44,613 nt of DNA from Candidatus Eiseniibacteriota bacterium (GTDB lineage Bacteria; Eisenbacteria; RBG-16-71-46). The translations under genes and the position numbers were made by a program. The stretch lies in the NCBI GenBank assembly GCA_031366795.1, contig JANLOX010000010.1, forward strand, positions 1 through 44,613. Direction: 5' to 3'. Under the pieces are notes generated by a model. That model saw only the letters and a list, made by a program, of their open reading frames with translations. It made no database searches and had not been told where the DNA came from. This document shows positions 1-7,897 of the stretch, in pieces (position 1 is the first letter of the stretch; each line of letters starts with the position of its first letter).

Positions 1-1115
1 TCACATTGATCGACGAAGTAGGCGCCGGCATGCGCGACGCATCGATCTGCGGCCTTGGCCAGACCGCCTACACCGCAATCGAGTCGGCGATCAAGCGGCT
101 GCGGCTGTTCGGCGATCCTCCAGCACTCGCGCCGGCCGTCAGCGCCGCGAGCACGGCGAGCGCGACGCCCGCGACGCCTGCGTCACCGCGCGGCATGGTC
201 GAAGTCGAGATCGATGGCCGCAAGACGCTCGTCCGCGAGGGCACTACGATCCTGGGTGCCGCGCGTAACGCCGGCATCGCAGTCCCCACGCTGTGCTACC
301 TCGAAACGCTCACGCCCGCGAATGCGTGCAGGTTGTGCGTGGTTGAGGTGCAAGGCGCGCGCGTGCTGGCGCCGAGTTGCTCGCGCGCCGTCGAGCCCGG
401 CATGGTGGTGCACACGCAATCCGAGCGCGTGCGCCGCTCGCGCCGCATGGTGCTCGAGATGCTCGCGTCGTCAGTCGACCTGTCGACCGCGCCCGAGCTG
501 CAGGCGCAGCTCGTCGAATATGGCTGCGACCCCGCGCGCTACGGCGTTGGCGCGCCCTCGCACGATCGCGATCACTCCGTCGCGGGACACCACTCGCACG
601 TCGACCTGGCGCACGCTGCGACCGTCGCGCAGCCGGTGAAGCTCGACAACGACCTCTATATTCGCGACTACGGAAAGTGCGTGCTTTGCTACAAGTGCGT
701 CGAGGCGTGCGGCGAGGACCACCAGAACACCTTCGCCATCGCGGTCGCCGGACGCGGTTTCGATGCGCGCATCTCCACCGAGCTCAACGTGCCGCTGTCC
801 GATTCGGCGTGCGTGTACTGCGGCAACTGCATCGCGGTGTGCCCCACCGGCGCGCTCGCCGCCAAAACGGAATTCGACCTGCGCATCCTGGGCCAGTGGG
901 ACGAATCGAAGCAGACCACGACCGACACGATCTGCCCCTACTGTGGCGTCGGCTGCACCCTGCGGCTGCACACGCAGGACGGCCGGATCGTGAAGGCGAC
1001 TTCGCCGCTCGACAACGCCATCACGCTCGGCAACCTGTGCATCAAGGGGCGGTTCGGCTGGCGGTTCGTGCAGCCAGAAGAGCAGGTGCCGTTGGACGAG
1101 ACGTCGAAGACGTAG
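1..1115 (+). CDS. 5'-truncated Fe-S protein: NuoF/HoxF-like C-terminus fused to NuoG/FdhA-type N-terminal Fe-S domains (formate dehydrogenase/NADH dehydrogenase-like subunit)
   Basis: Frame is open from the window edge. ASICGLGQTA (NuoF 4Fe-4S end), Ala/Pro/Thr linker, PTLC..CRLCVVE..SC (2Fe-2S), CVLCYKCVEAC and CVYCGNCIAVCP (2x4Fe-4S), CPYCGVGC..LCIKGRFG (Mo-bisMGD 4Fe-4S). Confidence 0.85.
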   Translation, partial: TLIDEVGAGMRDASICGLGQTAYTAIESAIKRLRLFGDPPALAPAVSAASTASATPATPASPRGMVEVEIDGRKTLVREGTTILGAARNAGIAVPTLCYLETLTPANACRLCVVEVQGARVLAPSCSRAVEPGMVVHTQSERVRRSRRMVLEMLASSVDLSTAPELQAQLVEYGCDPARYGVGAPSHDRDHSVAGHHSHVDLAHAATVAQPVKLDNDLYIRDYGKCVLCYKCVEACGEDHQNTFAIAVAGRGFDARISTELNVPLSDSACVYCGNCIAVCPTGALAAKTEFDLRILGQWDESKQTTTDTICPYCGVGCTLRLHTQDGRIVKATSPLDNAITLGNLCIKGRFGWRFVQPEEQVPLDETSKT

Positions 1116-1162
1116 CATCGGGCCGCCGCCGCCACCGCGCCACCGTTCAGCGACCGCAACGC

Positions 1163-1963
1163 TCAGCGCACCGCCATCGCCGCCCGCACCGCCTCCGCCA
1201 ACCCACCCGAGTCGACGTCGCCCACCACGCGCCGCGCCGCCTGCTTCACGCGCTCAGGCGCATTGCCCATCGCGATCCCCAGCCCCGCCGCCTCGATCGC
1301 GTCGAGATCGTTTTCGCCATCGCCGATCATGGCGATCTCGGCCATCTCGAAGCCGTAGTGCTTAGCGAGCCAGCACATGGCGCTCACCTTCGAAGTCCCG
1401 GCGCGCGTGATATTCGAGAACACGGTTCCCGGCGACCACGGCGCTGTCGCGGGATTCGCGTCCAGCCCGCCGATCGCCAGCGTCAACTCGCGGAAGTGCG
1501 GCCAACGGCTCTCATGCACCACCCACTGGGCCCGCGCGATCAGCGCATCGATCTGCATCAGGTCGCGCACCTCGGGCTCCATCTCGAGATGGTGCGCGTG
1601 GACCCGCGTCAGTTCCGTGTTGCGCTCGAGGAAGAACCCGCGCTCGGTGTAGAACTCGATCGGCTCGGCCTCGCGCCGCGAGATGACGACCAACTCACGC
1701 ACCGCACCCGCCGGCAGCGTGCTCACGTAGGCAGCGGCCGTGCCCGGAAGCGAGATCACCGCCCCGCTCTGGAATACATGCAGGCCCTCGGGCGCCACCC
1801 GCCGCGCATACTCCAACGCGCTGCCGCAACCGATGCGCCCCGTGCACAGCGCCACGCGCGCCCCGGCTGCCCGTGCTGCCTCGAGCGCAGGCCACGTCGA
1901 GGCGGCCACTCCCTCCTTGCCCACCAGCGTGCCATCGATATCGATCAGGATGAGCCGGATCAC
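1163..1963 (-). CDS. Cof-type HAD-superfamily hydrolase
   Basis: LIDIDGTL motif I, CTGR, SKVSA, IGDGENDLDAI..GIAMGNA. GTG start at 1963 inferred from domain start. Confidence 0.9.
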   Translation of the reverse strand: MIRLILIDIDGTLVGKEGVAASTWPALEAARAAGARVALCTGRIGCGSALEYARRVAPEGLHVFQSGAVISLPGTAAAYVSTLPAGAVRELVVISRREAEPIEFYTERGFFLERNTELTRVHAHHLEMEPEVRDLMQIDALIARAQWVVHESRWPHFRELTLAIGGLDANPATAPWSPGTVFSNITRAGTSKVSAMCWLAKHYGFEMAEIAMIGDGENDLDAIEAAGLGIAMGNAPERVKQAARRVVGDVDSGGLAEAVRAAMAVR

Positions 1964-2042
1964 CGATGGATCCCGCAGTACTTTGTCGTCGGCGCCATAG
2001 TGCAGATCGAACGGTGAACGCGCGCCAGCGGAAGTGGCGCGC

Positions 2043-2495
2043 TCAACTGGACGGCGCCTCGGGCAACTCAAGGAGGCGCGCATCTTCCAGATCGACAGGG
2101 CGCCCTGAGGCACGCTTCAGGGTGATGAGGTCGCCCTTCGAGACCACAAAGAACTCCTGGCCCATGTAGCTCATCGTTTGCCGGCCGCTCCAGGCCTGCT
2201 CGAACGTCAATCCGGGCGCGACTGTCAGGATGTCCACGCGAACGCGGTCCTTGAGCACCGTGATCTCGTTTGCCAGAACACTTTCGACGGTGGTCAACGA
2301 GGCGGTGCCCAAACCGGCCTGCAGCAAAGCGGCGAGTAATCGCTCTGTGTTTTCTGGGAGCGGATCGATCAGCACATCGAGGTCAAATGTAGCCCTCGGC
2401 ACGCCGTGAAGCACGGCGGCGATGCCACCGATCACGACGTAGCGGACCTCACGGTCTTGAAATGATTTGAATACGTCCGCGAGCCGGTCGAGCAT
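2043..2495 (-). CDS. MenT1/DUF6036-like nucleotidyltransferase (putative toxin)
   Basis: VIGGIAAVLHG.PRATFDLD N-terminal NTase motif and K..SGRPVDLED C-terminal motif. Confidence 0.75.
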   Translation of the reverse strand: MLDRLADVFKSFQDREVRYVVIGGIAAVLHGVPRATFDLDVLIDPLPENTERLLAALLQAGLGTASLTTVESVLANEITVLKDRVRVDILTVAPGLTFEQAWSGRQTMSYMGQEFFVVSKGDLITLKRASGRPVDLEDARLLELPEAPSS

Positions 2496-2646
2496 CCCTG
2501 ATGTCCGCGAGGCGAGGATTCACCGAAAGGGCAAGATTCGTGTACGCGCAAAGCATTTCCATGCGCTCGGACAGCGGAAGGGAGCGGAACCATCTCACTT
2601 TGGCTTCCGGACTCTCGTCGCTTCGATCATTCGATACGCTGAACAT
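2449..2646 (-). CDS. small helical protein overlapping the NTase gene (putative antitoxin)
   Basis: 65 aa, MFSVSNDRSDESPEAKVRWFRSLPLSERMEML... Overlaps the NTase start by 47 bp and has a promoter directly upstream. Confidence 0.6.
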   Translation of the reverse strand: MFSVSNDRSDESPEAKVRWFRSLPLSERMEMLCAYTNLALSVNPRLADIRDARPARGRIQIISRP

Positions 2647-2652
2647 GGCTTG

Positions 2653-2682
2653 AGAGTACCAGCCGCCAGCGCCCACCAGCAA
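2653..2682 (-). promoter_or_regulatory. sigma70-like promoter for a probably leaderless transcript of the small protein/NTase pair
   Basis: Minus strand reads TTGCTG-N18-TACTCT with an extended -10 TG, 6 nt before ATG 2646. Confidence 0.45.
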
Positions 2683-2808
2683 TTATTCCACCGTCTCAGC
2701 TTGTAGGGGGCCTCCGCCGCTTTGCACGCCTCGCGCAAATGCGCGAAACTGCATCGCTTCTCTTAAGCAACACCATCGTGCACGCAGGGGACGAACGGGA
2801 GATCTGCC

Positions 2809-3675
2809 ATGTCATTCCGCGATCGCAAAATGAGTAGCGGAACGGGTGCCGCCGGAGCTCCGGCCATGCGAGTGCCGCCCGGTTCGAAGGGCACCGGCAC
2901 CGCCCCGGGAGCGCATCGCGGCCAGGGTATGGGCGAGGGGTTTGGCAAGACTGACCGTGCCGACAACTGGTGGTTCCTGCCGGTGATCCAGGCGCTGGGC
3001 CTGCTCGTGCTGATCGGCTACGCCAACTACGCCGCAATCCTCGGTGCCGCGCACTACCACTACATTGCCGATGGGCGCGACTACTTGTCGCCGTTCTACT
3101 CGCCCTACATGAAGCCGTCCTGGCTACCCAACTGGGTGTCGCCCGCTCTGCTGGTGCTGGTGTTCCCGCTAGGCTTCCGCACCACCTGTTACTACTACCG
3201 CAAGGCCTACTACCGCTCGTTCTTCAATGACCCCATCGGTTGCGCGGTCGGGGAACGCAGCGCGAATTATTCGGGTGAGACGAAGTTCCCGTTTATCCTG
3301 CAGAACATTCACCGCTACTTCCTGTACGCAGCACTCGTATTCCTCGTGATCCTGTGGATCGACGTCATCAAGGCGTTCATCTTCGACGGGCGCTTCGGCG
3401 TCGGGATCGGTTCCTGCATGATCCTGTTCAGCACGGCGTCACTCACCTGCTACACGTTCTCTTGCCATTCGCTGCGCCACATGGTGGGCGGCAAGCTCGA
3501 CTGCTTCTCATGCGCGGTGGCGGGCCGGCAGCGGCACCAGACGTGGTCGCTGGTGAGCAGGCTCAACGAACACCACATGGGATTCGCGTGGATCAGCCTG
3601 TTCTTCGTCTGCGCCGCTGACCTGTACGTGCGGCTGTGCTCGATGGGTGTCATCCACGACCTGCGGCTGCTCTAG
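2809..3675 (+). CDS. sdhC: succinate dehydrogenase membrane anchor, actinobacterial Sdh1 (Rv0249c-like) type
   Basis: Multi-TM protein with FRTTCYYYRKAYYRSF, QNIHRYF, YTFSCHSLRH and LNEHHM motifs, immediately upstream of sdhA/sdhB. Confidence 0.85.
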   Translation: MSFRDRKMSSGTGAAGAPAMRVPPGSKGTGTAPGAHRGQGMGEGFGKTDRADNWWFLPVIQALGLLVLIGYANYAAILGAAHYHYIADGRDYLSPFYSPYMKPSWLPNWVSPALLVLVFPLGFRTTCYYYRKAYYRSFFNDPIGCAVGERSANYSGETKFPFILQNIHRYFLYAALVFLVILWIDVIKAFIFDGRFGVGIGSCMILFSTASLTCYTFSCHSLRHMVGGKLDCFSCAVAGRQRHQTWSLVSRLNEHHMGFAWISLFFVCAADLYVRLCSMGVIHDLRLL

Positions 3676-3681
3676 GGGACC

Positions 3682-5514
3682 ATGGCCATGCAAACCATCG
3701 AGACTCACGAACACGATGTCATCGTGATCGGCGCAGGCGGCGCGGGACTGCGCGCGGCCATCGAAGCGGCCTCCGAAGGCCTGTCGGTGGGGCTGATCTG
3801 CAAGTCGCTGCTCGGCAAGGCGCACACGGTGATGGCCGAGGGTGGGATGGCCGCGGCACTGGGCCACGTCGATCCGCAGGACAGCTGGGAAGTCCACTTC
3901 CGCGACACCATGAAGGGTGGCTCGTTCCTCAATCACTGGCGCATGGCTCAACTCCACGCCCAGGAAGCGCCAGATCGCGCGCGTGAACTCGAGCACTGGG
4001 GAGCGCTGTTCGACCGCACGCGCGACGGTCGCATTCTGCAGCGCGCTTTCGGCGGCCACACCTACAAGCGGCTCGCGCACGTAGGCGACCGGACCGGTCT
4101 CGAGATGATCCGCACGCTGCAGGATCGCGCGGTGCAATTTCCTAATCTCCAGGTCTACATGGAGTGCGCGATCACCAAGCTGTTCGTCGAAGGCGGCCGC
4201 ATCGGCGGCGCCTTCGGCTACTGGCGCGCCGACGGGCGCTTCGTGAACTTCCGCTGCAAGGCCGCGGTACTCGCGACGGGCGGCATCGGCAAGGCGTACC
4301 GCGTCACTTCGAACTCGTGGGAATACACCGCCGACGGCCAGGCGCTGGCACTCGACACGGGCGCCGAGTTGATCGACATGGAGTTCGTCCAGTTCCACCC
4401 GACCGGCATGGTGTGGCCTCCCGGCGTGATGGGGCTGCTCGTCACCGAAGGCGTGCGCGGTGAGGGCGGCATCCTTCGCAACAGCAAGGGCGAACGCTTC
4501 ATGTGGAAGTACCTGCCCGAGGCGCGGCGCAACGAATACGCGGCCGATGAAGACGAAGCGCGCCGCTGGCTCGACGCGGCGGTCGATGGCAAGCAATCGC
4601 AAGACCGCCGGCCGCCCGAGCTGTCCACGCGCGACAACGTGGCGCGCGCCATCTACACCGAAGTGCGAGAAGGCCGCGGCTCACCGCATGGCGGCGTGTT
4701 CCTCGACATCAGCTACCTGCCGGGCGAGCGCGTGAAGAAAAAGCTGCCCTCGATGTACCACCAGTTCTCGGAGCTGGCCGACGTCGACATCACCAAGAGC
4801 CCGATGGAAGTCGGCCCCACGATGCACTACATGATGGGCGGCATTCGCGTCGATCCCGACACCGCGGCCTGTACAGTGCCCGGCCTGTTCGCCGCGGGCG
4901 AAGTCGCTGCGGGTCTGCATGGCGCCAACCGGCTTGGCGGCAACTCGCTATCCGACCTGCTCGTGTTCGGCCGCCGCGCAGGACAGGGCGCGGTCCAGTT
5001 CGCGCGCCAGAACGCGCAGTTGCCGAACGTCTCCGACGCGACCATCGACGCCGAAGCCAAAGCCATGGTGGCCCCGCTCGAGCGCACCACGGGCGATAAC
5101 CCCTACGACATCCAGAAGTCGCTGCAGCAGGTGATGGACGTGAACGTCGGCATCTACCGCCAGCAGGCCGATCTCGAACATGCGCTCGAAGAGCTTAAAG
5201 GCATCCGCCAGCGCGCCAGGACGGCGCGCGCGCAGGGCGATCGCGTCTACAACCCGGGTTGGCACCTGGCGCGCGACCTCGGCAACATGATTTCGATCGC
5301 CGAGGGACTGACGCGCTCGGCGCTGCTGCGCAAGGAAAGCCGCGGCGCGCATTCGCGGCTCGACTTCCCCAAGATGGATGACGCCGGCTTCGGCAACGTG
5401 AACCACTGCACCACGCTCAAGAACGGCGAGATCGACGTGCAGCCCACGCCTTTGCCAGTGATGCCCCAGGAACTCAAGGCGTTGTTCGAGCCCGCGAAGG
5501 AGACGGTGAAATGA
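3682..5514 (+). CDS. sdhA: succinate dehydrogenase/fumarate reductase flavoprotein subunit
   Basis: IGAGGAGL FAD motif, AHTVMAEGG covalent-FAD His, QFHPTG, TEGVRGEGG, HYMMGG, HGANRLGGNSL, ESRGAH. Confidence 0.95.
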   Translation: MAMQTIETHEHDVIVIGAGGAGLRAAIEAASEGLSVGLICKSLLGKAHTVMAEGGMAAALGHVDPQDSWEVHFRDTMKGGSFLNHWRMAQLHAQEAPDRARELEHWGALFDRTRDGRILQRAFGGHTYKRLAHVGDRTGLEMIRTLQDRAVQFPNLQVYMECAITKLFVEGGRIGGAFGYWRADGRFVNFRCKAAVLATGGIGKAYRVTSNSWEYTADGQALALDTGAELIDMEFVQFHPTGMVWPPGVMGLLVTEGVRGEGGILRNSKGERFMWKYLPEARRNEYAADEDEARRWLDAAVDGKQSQDRRPPELSTRDNVARAIYTEVREGRGSPHGGVFLDISYLPGERVKKKLPSMYHQFSELADVDITKSPMEVGPTMHYMMGGIRVDPDTAACTVPGLFAAGEVAAGLHGANRLGGNSLSDLLVFGRRAGQGAVQFARQNAQLPNVSDATIDAEAKAMVAPLERTTGDNPYDIQKSLQQVMDVNVGIYRQQADLEHALEELKGIRQRARTARAQGDRVYNPGWHLARDLGNMISIAEGLTRSALLRKESRGAHSRLDFPKMDDAGFGNVNHCTTLKNGEIDVQPTPLPVMPQELKALFEPAKETVK

Positions 5515-6269
5515 ACTCCGAAACCGGCGACGCGAACCGCGAACTGACCGTCAAGGTGTACCGCGGCGACGCCAAGCAGAACCGCCTCGAGGAGTACCAG
5601 GTCCCCGTGACCACCGGCATGGTCGTCCTGGACGCCATCCACTGGATCCAGGCCAACAAGGCGCCCGACCTCGCCGTGCGCTGGAACTGCAAGGCCGCCA
5701 AGTGCGGATCGTGCAGCGCCGAGGTCAACGGCATGCCCGCGCTGATGTGCAAGTCGCGGCTCGATGCGATGCCCGTCGACCAACCCGTCACCGTGCGCCC
5801 CTTGAAGACCTTCCCCGTCATCCGTGACCTCGTCACCGACGTGTCGTGGAACTACGAGGTCAACAAGCGCATCAAGCCGTTCAAGCCGCGCGAAGGCGCC
5901 GAGTGGAAGTGGCAGCAGGAAGACATCGACCGGCCGCAGGAATTCCGCAAGTGCATCGAGTGCTTCCTGTGCCAGGACGTCTGCCACGTGCTGCGCAGCC
6001 ACGAACTCAAGCACCAGTTCGCGGGCCCGCGCTTCCTCGTGCGCATCGCCGGCCTCGAGATGCACCCCATCGACGGCGAAGACCGCATGGCGATGGTGAA
6101 GGACGAGTCAGGTATCGGCCTGTGCAACATCACCAAATGCTGCACCGAGGTCTGCCCCGAACACATCCACATCACCGACAACGCCATCATTCCGCTGAAG
6201 GAACGCGTGGTCGACCGGTTCTACGATCCGGTCGCGATGGTGTGGCGGGCGATCACCGGCGGGAAGTAG
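5511..6269 (+). CDS. sdhB: succinate dehydrogenase/fumarate reductase iron-sulfur subunit
   Basis: CKAAKCGSC, CIECFLCQDVC and CNITKCCTEVCP Cys clusters. ATGA overlap with sdhA. Confidence 0.95.
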   Translation: MNSETGDANRELTVKVYRGDAKQNRLEEYQVPVTTGMVVLDAIHWIQANKAPDLAVRWNCKAAKCGSCSAEVNGMPALMCKSRLDAMPVDQPVTVRPLKTFPVIRDLVTDVSWNYEVNKRIKPFKPREGAEWKWQQEDIDRPQEFRKCIECFLCQDVCHVLRSHELKHQFAGPRFLVRIAGLEMHPIDGEDRMAMVKDESGIGLCNITKCCTEVCPEHIHITDNAIIPLKERVVDRFYDPVAMVWRAITGGK

Positions 6270-6338
6270 GCGGGAGGTAGAGGGGGCAGAACCGACCTCC
6301 TAGCGTTGAGAGCCCTCACCGTTCCAAGAGGCCTGTTC

Positions 6339-6728
6339 GTGGAGCAGATCTACCTGCGCTTCGTGATCCTCGCCAACGATCCCGATTCCGCACGGAAGAC
6401 CGGGCTGCTCATCGCGGCAGCGGAATTACTTGATCGCAGTGAACTTCCTGCGGAAGAACAGCAAGTCCTCAGGGAAGCGCTCGCCTGGTTCAACAAACAT
6501 CTCCCCGTCCCTTCGCAACTCGAGTATGAGGAACATCGACGGGCCATCTCCTGGTTTCGCTCATCCGCTCACGAGCCCATCGCACGGATGTGGGATGTGG
6601 CCCGCGCACTGAACAACCACGGCATCCTCGTCGAGGTGCTCAAGACGGTGGATCCGGGCGTCGAGATCTACTCGGACCACTGGCAAGTGGTCGCCAAACC
6701 TCGCCGCGGGACGAATCTGCCCTGGTAG
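6339..6728 (+). CDS. hypothetical protein (about 130 aa)
   Basis: Protein-like ORF (YLRFV..WFNKHLPVP..AISWF..PG..IYSD.WQVVA.P). Start uncertain between 6306 and 6339. Confidence 0.65.
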   Translation: MEQIYLRFVILANDPDSARKTGLLIAAAELLDRSELPAEEQQVLREALAWFNKHLPVPSQLEYEEHRRAISWFRSSAHEPIARMWDVARALNNHGILVEVLKTVDPGVEIYSDHWQVVAKPRRGTNLPW

Positions 6729-6767
6729 CCCGCTGGGTTGCTCGCACAACCCGCACATGAGCGAGCG

Positions 6768-6830
6768 CTACACCGTCTTCCGCTCGCCGATCCCGAAGCC
6801 GGAGTCGAGCGAATCGATCAGCGTGTCTAG
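6768..6830 (-). repeat. diverged copy of the last 21 codons (including stop) of the HD-GYP gene (8372-8434)
   Basis: Encodes LDTLIDSLDSGFGIGERKTV* versus LDALIDSLDSGFRIEERKAA*. 53/63 nt identical by manual alignment. Confidence 0.9.
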
Positions 6831-6845
6831 CTGCAGGGGGGCGCG

Positions 6846-6878
6846 AAAAAAATCCCCCAGATCGTGACCTGAGGGGGA
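6846..6878 (-). terminator. Rho-independent terminator
   Basis: TCCCCCTCAGGT-CACG-ATCTGGGGGA-TTTTTTT on the minus strand. Confidence 0.75.
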
Positions 6879-6912
6879 CCAGTGAACCCGAAGGGCCCTA
6901 CTGGTGGGGATT
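6846..6912 (-). ncRNA. candidate ~67-nt small RNA or attenuator leader
   Basis: Follows a consensus-like promoter. Hairpin CCAGU-A-GGGCCC-UUCG-GGUUC-ACUGG with cUUCGg tetraloop, then a GC stem and U7. No ORF. Confidence 0.55.
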
Positions 6913-6917
6913 CGCGG

Positions 6918-6946
6918 ATCTTATTCAGGTCCACCGCGCGGGTCAA
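6918..6946 (-). promoter_or_regulatory. sigma70-type promoter
   Basis: TTGACC (6946-6941), 17-nt spacer, TAAGAT (6923-6918). Confidence 0.65.
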
Positions 6947-6963
6947 GACCTACCACCAAACGC

Positions 6964-7017
6964 ACCATCCTTCCGCTCAAGGAACGCGTGGTCGACCGCT
7001 TCAACGACCCAGTCGCG
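6964..7017 (+). repeat. diverged copy of the sdhB 3' region (6183-6236)
   Basis: TILPLKERVVDRFNDPVA versus AIIPLKERVVDRFYDPVA. 47/54 nt identical, and 4 of 7 differences are synonymous third positions. Confidence 0.9.
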
Positions 7018-7235
7018 CGGTTAACGCGATTGCCTACTCCCTTGTCGATCTGCACGCGAAGATCAAAGGCCAGAGTCATTTCTTGCTGTCGGTTCTGGAC
7101 AAGCCAAGACTCTTCGTCGTAGGAAACGAGCATGAATTGGAAAGCACTCTTGAGCGAGCGTCGAGCGGAGCGGCACCGGAGCAGTGCGGCAGAACTGGAC
7201 GCGCTCCGCGCCGTCGCGCGAAGAAACTTCGCTGA
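7014..7235 (+). pseudogene. C-terminal relic of an HTH-MNT (minimal nucleotidyltransferase) antitoxin-like gene
   Basis: RAVNAIAYSLVDLHAKIKGQSHFLLSVLDKPRLFVVGNEHEL resembles the REVN..YS..EF..K....HFL..VL..PK.F..G tail of these proteins. No N-terminus. Confidence 0.5.
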
Positions 7236-7270
7236 TGCTGCGGTTACGAAGATCTCGCCCGACACTGCGT
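7132..7270 (+). pseudogene. N-terminal relic of an MNT-associated HEPN-like gene
   Basis: MNWKALLSERRAERHRSSAAELDALRAVARRNFADAAVTKISPD overlaps the MNT relic, then loses protein-like character. Confidence 0.45.
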
Positions 7271-7405
7271 GGCATAGGGCGTGCAGACACCTACAGCGCC
7301 CCAGCAAGACCGAGCGGCAGACGGCAAGCGCCGTCGCATCCATGAACCTAAAAAGCGAGTGGTCACCCGAAGCCGCGAGCATCACCAGCAGGGCGGAAGC
7401 TCCGG

Positions 7406-7636
7406 GTGTTTCCATCGCTCAAGTCCAAGCGGCTACTTGGCGTTCTCATGAGGACGCCCCTGCTGTATCGGGAGCTCCGCCGGTCGGGATCTCACCGCAC
7501 TTTGCGATCGCTCGCGGGCTATCCGGATTTGGTATTCTCGTTTCACGACGGCGCGACAATTGCCCCGGGGGCCGTCAAAAAAATCCTGACAAAGGACGTC
7601 GGGCTGTCCCAAGCGGAAGCCCTTTCCCTCTTGTAA
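7406..7636 (+). CDS. hicA: HicA-family toxin (mRNA interferase)
   Basis: 76 aa, basic. FPSLKSKRLL..RRSGSHRTL..FH..TIAPGAVKKIL with the HicA GSH motif. Confidence 0.75.
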   Translation: MFPSLKSKRLLGVLMRTPLLYRELRRSGSHRTLRSLAGYPDLVFSFHDGATIAPGAVKKILTKDVGLSQAEALSLL

Positions 7637-7648
7637 GGAGATTCGTGG

Positions 7649-7897
7649 ATGCGGATGGTTGCGGTTCAATTCCATTTCGAGCCAGAGGGCTGGTGGGCGG
7701 ACTCTCTGGACCTGCCGGGGTGGACCTGCGCCGGCTCGACGCTCGCCGAAGTGCGTGCCTTGGCGAGCGAGGGGGCTCGCGAGTTTGCGGGCGCGTCCGC
7801 TGTGGTTCATGAGTTCCTGCCGCAGCAGCGGCCCACAACTGGGACGGACGCTGTGGCGATCACCTGGCTGAAATTCCCGACGAGGATCGCCGCCTGA
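7649..7897 (+). CDS. hicB: short HicB-like antitoxin with C-terminal tail and no DNA-binding domain
   Basis: EPEGWWADSLDLPGWTCAGSTLAEVRALASEG partial RNase H-fold motif, directly after hicA. Confidence 0.75.
   Translation: MRMVAVQFHFEPEGWWADSLDLPGWTCAGSTLAEVRALASEGAREFAGASAVVHEFLPQQRPTTGTDAVAITWLKFPTRIAA

Noticed and set aside
377..2017. 546-aa plus-strand ORF and many similar long overlapping ORFs (e.g. 3508-4602, 14175-15269, 18319-19737, 34501-35964)
   Set aside because: Arg/Ala/Pro-rich shadow or antisense frames of well-supported genes, as expected at high GC.
7132..7812. 226-aa ORF as an intact gene
   Set aside because: Only the first ~45 codons look protein-like. The rest overlaps hicA and hicB in another frame.
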